A stretch of 29,042 nt of DNA, taken from Octopus sinensis (Eukaryota). The number at the start of each line of letters is the position of its first letter. The first letter of the stretch is position 1. The stretch lies in assembly GCF_006345805.1 (NCBI RefSeq), contig NW_021833186.1, positions 1 to 29,042 on the forward strand, read 5' to 3'. The notes beneath the pieces were generated by a model, which made no database searches, was not told the origin of the DNA, and saw only the letters and a program-made list of their open reading frames with translations. The translations under genes were made by a program, and so were the position numbers. Positions 21,735 through 29,042 of this stretch are shown here, in pieces.

Positions 21735-22140
21735 CTCTTACATGTTTCACTCATTTAACGATGGTCATGCTGGGGCACTACCTACACCACTTTCAAGCGT
21801 TTTTCTTAATCGACCCTATGACTTATTTGTTTTTTTTTGTTGTTGTTGTTTTAGCCTGGTACTTATTCTATCAGCCTCTTTTTCCTGAACCGTTAAGATG
21901 CGGGGACATAAACACACCAACACCGGTCACTAAGCGATGATGGGCGTAGAGGACAAACACAGACACAAAGACACACATGACAGGCTTTTTTTCTGTTTCC
22001 GTGCACCAAATCCACTCACAAGATTTTGGTCGAGGTTATAGTACTAGATATTTGGCCAAGGTGCCACGCAGTGGGATTGAACCAGAACACTCATGCCTGG
22101 TTGGGAAGCAAACTTCTTACCACACAGATACGGCTGCGCC
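21735..22140 (-). mobile_element. Diverged full-length SINE family A copy
   Basis: CCAAATCCACTCACAAAG...CCAAGGTGCCACGCAGTGGGATTGAACC...CTTACCACACAG...GCGCC, colinear with 28599-29006. Confidence 0.85.
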
Positions 22141-22234
22141 TATTCTTTCTTATTTGCAGCGTAGCCTATTTAAGAGCTGAGGAATTATGCACATTATTTA
22201 CATTATTTACAATTGACAGACATTTGTCCGCATC

Positions 22235-22314
22235 TTATTATTATTATTCAGGTCACTGCCTGGAATCGAACTCGGAATCTTGCAGTTAGTAGCTCGTGTT
22301 CTTACCCACTACGC
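22235..22314 (-). mobile_element. Inverted copy of the tRNA-like head of element E
   Basis: Minus strand GCGTAGTGGGTAAGAACACGAGCTACTAACTGCAAGATTCCGAGTTCGATTCCAGGCAGTGACCTGAATAATAA. Confidence 0.85.
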
Positions 22315-22318
22315 CCAC

Positions 22319-22456
22319 GGGCATATAGCGTAGTGGTTAAGAGCGCGGGCTACTAACCCCACGATTCCGAATTCGATTCCAGGCAGTGAGCTGAATAATA
22401 ACAACAACAGCAACAACACCACCACCACCACCACCACTACCAACAACAACAACAAC

Positions 22457-22487
<31 letters not shown>

Positions 22488-22672
22488 TCGAAACATACTT
22501 TAGGAATGAGAACTCAGGTTTGAAATTTCCCCAAGACACCTGATGAAGCCTGGAGGATATATCAATCGAAACGTTGTGTTAACAACAAACAAGAAGAGGA
22601 CAAATATCCGTAAATTGTAAATAATGTAAATAATGAATAACGTAAATAATGAATAATGTAAATAATGTAATT
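22319..22672 (+). mobile_element. Element E: tRNA-like Pol III head + (AAC/CAC/AAT)n spacer + Penelope-like tail with hammerhead motif + (TGTAAATAA)n end
   Basis: A box TAGCGTAGTGG and B box-like GAATTCGATTCC; AAGATTCC..TTCGATTCC resembles tRNA-Arg(ACG); the tail is shared with 17380-17507. Confidence 0.8.
22535..22580 (+). ncRNA. Minimal type I hammerhead ribozyme motif (stem II degenerate in this copy)
   Basis: GACAC-CTGATGA-A-GCCTG[GAGGATATAT]CAATC-GAA-ACGT-T-GTGTT: 5-bp stem I GACAC/GUGUU, intact core CUGAUGA and GAAA, palindromic ACGU in place of stem III, GUU triplet; stem II is perfect (GGCTG/CAGCC) in the 17380 copy. Confidence 0.6.
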
Positions 22673-22727
22673 ATGAAATGTTTTCTTGGAATTTTTTTAT
22701 GTCAATTAAATGGATGCAGACATGAAT

Positions 22728-22880
22728 GCGTGATTAAGAAGCTAGGCTTTTGAACCGCGTGGTATCGAGTTCAGTTCCAGAGGGCGATATGTCTTCTACT
22801 CTATCCCCCCGCCTGACTTTGTCTTCATGAGTGGATTTCATAGCCACAAACTGCAAAATGTCCGCCATACGTATATATCT
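22728..22880 (+). mobile_element. Degenerate 5' fragment of SINE family A
   Basis: TTAAGAAGCTAGGC...AACCGCGTGGTATCGAGTTCAGTTCC...TGTCTTCTACT...GAGTGGATTT...AAACTG. Confidence 0.55.
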
Positions 22881-22989
22881 TAAACGTTTTTTTAAATTTC
22901 GTCTTTGAGTCATTAGAATTCGGCCATGCACAGTCACAAACTTATAAAATTTTAGTCGAACGAATCGAATGTGCCTTCAGTAGAAAGGG

Positions 22990-23060
22990 TTATTATTATT
23001 ATCATTATATTAAAAGTAAAAAAAGGAAAAATAATAAAAAGAATTAGTTATTATTATTAT

Positions 23061-23110
<50 letters not shown>

Positions 23111-23134
23111 TTATCATTATTATCATTATTATTA

Positions 23135-23169
<35 letters not shown>

Positions 23170-23185
23170 TATTATTATCATTATT
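22990..23185. repeat. (TAT)n/(TAC)n microsatellites
   Basis: Direct inspection. Confidence 0.9.
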
Positions 23186-23278
23186 GTTTTTATTTACTTC
23201 TTCCTTCCTCTTGCCTTCTTTCTGCCTTTCATCTTTCTTCTTTTCTTGACTCTTCACTCCTCCTAGTCCTCCTCATTG

Positions 23279-23465
23279 CCCCTCCTCCTCCTCCTCCTTC
23301 TTCTTCTTCTTCTTCTTCTTCTTCTTCTTCCTCCTCTTCTTTTTCTTCTTCTTCTTCCTCCTTCTTCTTCTTCTTCTTCTTCTTCTTCTCCTTCTTCTTC
23401 TTCTTCTTCTTCTTCTTCCTTCTTCTTCTTCTTCTTCTTCTTTTCTTCTTCTTCTTCTTCTTCTT
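23279..23465. repeat. (CCT)/(CTT)n microsatellite
   Basis: Direct inspection. Confidence 0.95.
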
Positions 23466-24573
23466 ACAAATATCTCATTTTCATTAGGTGAAACTAAGTG
23501 GAAAATGTACTTTTTTCCTAATACAGAACTTCTAAAGTACATAGAGAAAAAATATAAATTTGTGTATTAATTTTCTCCGTTTGGGAAAAAAAATAATTGA
23601 ATTTACATAGAAAAAAAATTTAATTTTATCACTCGTAAACCAAGGAAACGTCTACAGCATATATAAACTCACCCATCTAATAATAAAAAAATAATTCATG
23701 CAAAAGCTGACAACTCTGCAGACGTTACACATACATACACACACACACACGCGCGTTTGTGCGCACGCACGTACATACACACAAACACAAAGACACACAA
23801 ACCCTCACGCACAATGATAATATCAGGTCTTCAGCAGAATATATTTATTTCACAAATAGCAAATAATGATTTTCTGACAGAAAATAATGTAATTTTCAAT
23901 AATTAAAACGACTGAAATAAGGACAGCAACAACAACAACTACGTCGATAATAACACATCTATGCACACCACGAACGCACGCACGCACGCACGCACACATA
24001 CGCGCGCGTGCGTACATACATGCATAAACACACGCGTATATATGAACCCGTAACACTGAATAGAGGAACGATTGGAGGCTCGGAATTTAGCAAGAGTGGA
24101 AACATTTGAAGCAATGTTCTTTCTCTGTTATTATTGCAAATTGATGGGCTTGATATATAAATCGTTATATATAAAGCGAAAACAAGCCCGTCTTGGCAGT
24201 GCTGAATGACAAACACAAGTGCTTCTGTATCTCAGTTATTTATCTGACAGATATTTATCTAACACGAAGTAAAATATATTATCTCTTCATTTCGAAAACT
24301 CTGAATGTTTCCCTATACCCCGACAAAGTGATTGCAGGATATTTCGGCCACAGAGTGAAATAACACACCGCTTTTCATCAGGTAAAAGGACTATAAAATA
24401 TTATGTACAATAATGAAACACGAAATGTGTTCGAATAAAGAGGTCCACTTGGCGTGTTAAGTTGTTTCATAGATTCATACAACAATACTTGAATGAATGA
24501 ATGAATGAATAGGAGTAGGAAAAGAAGGGGAAGAAGAAAGAGAAGAGAAGGAAGAAGATGGGTAGGAAGAAGG

Positions 24574-24574
<1 letters not shown>

Positions 24575-24653
<79 letters not shown>

Positions 24654-24829
24654 AAGAAGAAGAAGAAGAAGAAGAAGAAGGGCAAGAGAAGAAGAAGAAG
24701 AAGAAGAAGAAGAAGAAGAAGAAGAAGAAGAAGAAGAAGAAGAAGAAGAAGAAGAAGAAGAAGAAGAAGAAGAAGAAGAAGAAGAAGAAGAAGAAGAAGA
24801 AGAAGAAGGCCGAGAGAAGAAGAAGAAGA
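24575..24829. repeat. (AAT)n followed by (AAG)n microsatellite
   Basis: Direct inspection; AAG tract of ~200 bp with short interruptions. Confidence 0.95.
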
Positions 24830-25041
24830 AATAAACAGAAGGTATTTATTCCGTAACGTGAAGGGGACTAGAGAGAAAGATGACTTTCGTATGTCATAAA
24901 TTTTGGGGCGCAGTACGGAAAAGTAAGGTCGGAAATAATCTAAAAGGGATTTGTGGTAAGATAAGTATGTCTATGAATATGCTTATCATCATGGTCTCAA
25001 ATTTTGCCGCTAGGTTAGCAATTTCGGTAGTTGGTAGGTGT

Positions 25042-25426
25042 GGAGGCGCAATGGCCTAGTGGTTAGGGCAGCGGACTCGCGGTCATAGGATCGCGGTTTC
25101 GATTCCCAGACCGGGCGTTGTGAGTGTTTATTGAGCGAAAACACTTAAAAGCTCCACGAAGCTCCGGCAGGGGGTGGTGGTGATCCCTGCTGTACTCTTT
25201 CACCACAACTTTCTCTCACTCTTACTTCCTGTTTCTGTTGTACCTGTATTTCAAGGGGCCGGCCTTGTCACTCTCTGTGTCACGCTGAATATCCCCGAGA
25301 ACTACGTTAAGGGTGCACGTGTCTGTGGAGTGCTCAGCCACTTACAAGTTAATTTCACGAGCAGGCTGTTCCGTTGATTCGGATCAACCGGAACCCTCAT
25401 CGTCGTAACCGACGGAGTGCTTCCCA
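25042..25426 (+). mobile_element. SINE family B, full length
   Basis: Near-identical to 15566-15939 apart from scattered substitutions and a short indel; possible imperfect TSD GGTAGGTG at 25033-25040 and 25430-25437. Confidence 0.92.
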
Positions 25427-25459
25427 GTAGGTAGGTGGATTACATCGACACCAGTGCAT

Positions 25460-25687
25460 CCACCTGATAAGCGCCGGTTTCCCAGTTTCAGTGGCGTAGA
25501 AATTCGCCACCTGGACGGGAGGCTGATCCGTCGTAGGATTCCTCATTTTTGTCTGCTGAGTGGACTGGACCAACGTGAAATGAAATGTTTTGATCAAGAA
25601 CACAACGCGTCGCCCGGTCCAGGAATCGAAACCACAAACTTACGATCATGAGTTTAACACCCTAACCACTAAGCCACGTTTCTCCAC
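25460..25687 (-). mobile_element. SINE family C copy
   Basis: Minus strand GTGGAGAAACGTGGCTTAGTGGTTAGGGTG...GGTTTCGATTCCTGGACCGGGCGACGCGTTGTGTTCTTGA...CCAGTCCACTCAGC, colinear with 8001-8254. Confidence 0.85.
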
Positions 25688-25733
25688 TAATCAATAAGGT
25701 ACAAATAAAAAATAAACAATGGAGAAAGCCAGA

Positions 25734-25965
25734 ATTTTACGAGGGGACAGGAAATGGTATAAAGAAAATATACCTCACCAAAATCCACTAAATTAAAGAT
25801 CATATTCTGTGGTACCTAGCGTTTTTGAACAAAATCTTTTAAAGGTATGTCGGATTTTAAGAGGACACATGAAATGGAATAAACAGAAAAATACCTCACC
25901 AAAAATCCTCATAATGAAAGATTATGTTCTGTGGTACCTAGCGTTTTTGATCCAAATCTTTAAAA
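25734..25965. repeat. Diverged two-copy direct repeat, period ~120 bp
   Basis: Identical 24-bp core TTCTGTGGTACCTAGCGTTTTTGA at 25805-25828 and 25927-25950; shared GAAATGG and ATACCTCACCAAAA. Confidence 0.85.
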
Positions 25966-26239
25966 CCACAATTCGATGATGGTGCCAAGGAAAAAAAATT
26001 AAAAAATTAGAGGAAATATTGTTTACCATTTTTCGTGCCGAATGTACCGATTAATCAGCAGACAACTGCAGGTTTTTGCAAATAGTAAATATTAATTAAC
26101 ATTCTTGGAAAATAGTAGAAAAATTTAAACTAATAATATATTAGTCGGAAACATTTATTGACTGCACTCGTAGATGTCAATGCATTCATATAAATCTCAT
26201 GTATTATTTTGTCATGAATTACATTCGGAATATATAGGA

Positions 26240-26621
26240 AAAAACAACATGTGTGTGTGTGTGAGTGAACGAGTGTGCGTACGTACGTGTGTGTATATTT
26301 GTGTGTGTGTGTGTAAATATATGCATAATATTCACACATATACAAATATAGATATATGTATATTCATGCATTCACACATTCTAACATATGTATGCTTGTA
26401 TCATTTGATATATGCATGTATCTCACTTATACACACCACACACAATATATATATATATGTACAGGCATATAAATACGTGTGTGTATAGATATAGAGAGAG
26501 ATACAGAGAGAGAGAGAGAGAGAGAGGTACATATATATATAGATAAAGTGATATAGCTATATCCACACACATACACACGCACATATATATTAATATATAT
26601 ATATATAATACATATTTTATA

Positions 26622-26652
<31 letters not shown>

Positions 26653-26714
26653 GCATGTGTATGAAAATATGTATACACATATAACAAACATTACGTCCAT
26701 ATATGTATATATTA

Positions 26715-26787
<73 letters not shown>

Positions 26788-27297
26788 CTATATATATGCA
26801 AATATATATAATATATATATATATGTGAGTGTGTTTCAGTGAGTGTATGTGTGTGTGTGTAAGCACTTGAGGATATTCTTGTCACGTTCTGTCATGTTGC
26901 TAAGAAATGAAATTTCCTTACATCATTTGCTCTGAAGAAAAATTGGTTTCACTATCGAAGCAAAAATGTGCGGACATGATGTATGTACAGCAGTTCTATA
27001 GTGTGCCTTTTTGTACCTACACACTCATTAGACAGACGCTTACGCACCCCCACTCCACAAACGCACATACGTACACATGTACACACGTACACACGTACAT
27101 ATGTATGTATATGCTCATACATCTCTCTGTACATACATATTTTACTAAGTGTATATTTATGTATATATGTAAGCATGCAGGCATGATGTATGAATGCATA
27201 TAGTATGTATATTTATGTATATATGTAAGCATGCAGGCATGTATGTATGAATGCATATAATATATATAATATATATATATATATAGATATATATATA

Positions 27298-27339
<42 letters not shown>

Positions 27340-27497
27340 ATATATATATATAATATACGTAGATGTATAATATATATATATATATGTATGCATGTATGTA
27401 TGGTATGTATGTATCTATCTATCTCTCTATATATATATATATATATACAGTGTTTTTGTGAATGTATACGTGTTGCTCACTCTCTCTCTATCTCTCG

Positions 27498-27536
<39 letters not shown>

Positions 27537-27800
27537 TGTATATATATATGAATATGTATGGGTGTATATAAATGTATGTGTCTAGATGTATATAACTATC
27601 TACACAGATACACACATGTATTCCTACATATCCAAATATATACTATACTGATAGGAGAGGTAACCGCCCTACATACAGTCACACACACTGATACACACAC
27701 ACTGACATATATACACATACATACACTGACATGAACTTTTACTCCTACACATTCAAATAAATATATACAATCGTACATAGTGCTTATATACATGCATGTA
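26240..27800. repeat. Compound (TA)n/(TG)n/(CA)n/(GA)n microsatellite region including a ~56-bp tandem duplication at 27150-27259
   Basis: Direct inspection. Confidence 0.9.
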
Positions 27801-27913
27801 CACTCACGACTATGCAAATACACGTAGATTTATCTACTTCAAGTCCCTGTGTTAAAAATGAGTTACAAACAGACTTTACTCTGAACATGTGATCTCCGAA
27901 ATTGGCATTTTAC

Positions 27914-27946
27914 CTGTTTCTTTCATCCAAGAGTAACTGGTCAAAC
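27914..27946 (-). other. Candidate 33-nt symmetric micro-exon of an unknown host gene
   Basis: Minus strand CTAAC (branch-point consensus) GCATTCGTTTCTCCGTTTCTCTTTCCCTAG|GTTTGACCAGTTACTCTTGGATGAAAGAAACAG|GTAAAA; two open frames (FDQLLLDERN or LTSYSWMKET); no homology evidence. Confidence 0.35.
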
Positions 27947-27979
27947 CTAGGGAAAGAGAAACGGAGAAACGAATGCGTT

Positions 27980-28420
27980 AGAGTAGAGTAAAACCAGCCG
28001 TCACTCGCGAGCGAGAATGACATGGGATTATACCATGGTTTCGCTAAGTGATCTGCGTGACTGTAGTCGCGAACAAACATAGCGCCCTCCTGCCCTTCCA
28101 ACACTTGTTGTAGCAGAACATCCAAGATGTGACATTTGGATCGAAACAAGGGACTGCACCAGTACCTGGCTGGTACAGATTTACAGTTGACTAAACTGGT
28201 AGTCTGCCTCCACCAGGCTTTCTCGCTCTTGATATTCTGCATGGTTTCACAGCGTCCCAACGATCCCCCAGGGGTTAAGGGACTTTTCATTGTCATTGTG
28301 AAACCGGGTCAGCTAGGAATAAATATCCATGCTCATAGACACAACACACTGTCCAGTCCAGGATTTGAAACCACACCCTAGTAATTACGAGCCGAATAAC
28401 CTAAACACTAGACCACAAAC
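27980..28420 (-). mobile_element. Old tRNA-headed SINE-like element (C-related head); 3' boundary uncertain
   Basis: Minus-strand head GAGGCG..TGGTCTAGTGTTTAGG...GGTTTCAAATCCTGGAC..TGTGTTGTGTC; internal CCAGTTTAGTCAACTGTAAA..GTACCAG core-like segment; possible TTTTACTC tail at ~27980-27992. Confidence 0.45.
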
Positions 28421-28598
28421 GCCTCGTTATATCAGGCGAAAGTTATGCATAGGTCCATAACTGAAATTTCGGTGGATACCAAAAGCCATCTCAGAAAATG
28501 TAACTTCACATGAGATACAATCATTACATTCTAGAATATTCTACGCTATACAGGAACAAGTAATGTTTGCAAAACCTCGAAATGGAAATCTATGTCTA

Positions 28599-29006
28599 AC
28601 TCTTTTACTCTTTTAGTTGTTTCAGTCATTTGACTGTGGCCATGCTGGAGCACCACCTTTAGTCGGTCAAATCGACCCTAGGATTTATTCTTTGTAAGTT
28701 TAGTACTTATTCGATCAGTCGCTTTTATCAAACCACTAAGTTACGGGGACGTTAACACCACCGTCGGTTGGCAAGAGATGTTGGCGACAAATACAGACAC
28801 AGAAACACACAGACACACACATATATACGTATATACATATATAGGATGGGCTTCTTTCAGTTTCCGTCTACCACATCCACTCACAAGGCTTTGGTCGGCC
28901 CGAGGCTGTAGTAGAAGACACTTGCCCAAGGTGACACGCAGTGGGACTGAACCCGGAACCATGTGGTTCGTAAGCAAGCTACTTACCACACAGCCACTCC
29001 TACGCC
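28599..29006 (-). mobile_element. Well-preserved full-length tRNA-headed SINE, family A
   Basis: Minus strand GGCGTAGGAGTGGCTGTGTGGTAAG (A box)...GGGTTCAGTCCC (B box-like), internal (TA)/(TG) microsatellite, 3' ATGGCCACAGTCAAATGACTGAAAC and (TAAAAGAG)2 tail. Confidence 0.9.
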
Positions 29007-29042
29007 TATAGAAATTTATAATACATTCAGTCTATTGAAACC

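Noticed and set aside
23673-23676. 4-nt minus-strand micro-exon pattern TTATTAG|ATGG|GTGAGT
   Set aside because: Consensus donor, but a 4-nt exon cannot be supported from sequence alone; it could be tested together with the other candidates.
24143-24192. 10-bp inverted repeat GATGGGCTTG/CAAGCCCGTC as a possible pre-miRNA
   Set aside because: The stem is too short and the interior is poorly paired.
27910-28296. 128-aa minus-strand ORF
   Set aside because: Mostly overlaps a SINE-like element and ends at a splice-donor-like site; no recognisable protein. Only the last 33 nt are retained as an exon candidate.

Overview
Eukaryotic, AT-rich, repeat-dense genomic DNA, most likely from a cephalopod (Octopus-like). 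The assignment rests on the tRNA-headed SINE families, R4/Dong-type and Tx1-type LINE relics and dense (TA)n/(AAT)n microsatellites, and is recognition rather than a database result. No intact protein-coding gene, prokaryotic operon, CRISPR array or rRNA is visible, and most ORFs in the supplied track are microsatellite artefacts. Supported content: (i) one decayed Tx1/L1-clade LINE spread over ~12.4-17.4 kb (ORF1 with an RRM-like segment and a CCHC knuckle; ORF2 with the AP-endonuclease region but no RT), interrupted by a 1.4-kb ACC-rich expansion and a young SINE with a 13-bp TSD; (ii) two 5'-truncated R4/Dong-like RLE 3' ends embedded in (TAA)n; (iii) about 20 copies or fragments of five tRNA-headed SINE-like families, labelled A-E here, several with clean TSDs. 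The most interesting signals are: a tRNA-headed element (E) carrying a Penelope-style minimal type I hammerhead ribozyme motif plus an inverted copy of its own head; a SINE (D) that forms head-less ~185-bp tandem units with the same junction at three loci; a 250-bp near-perfect palindrome; a splice-acceptor-like tract just before the Tx1 ORF2 ATG; and weak candidate minus-strand micro-exons that could belong to a long-intron host gene. All coordinates and alignments were done by eye and may be off by a few bases.
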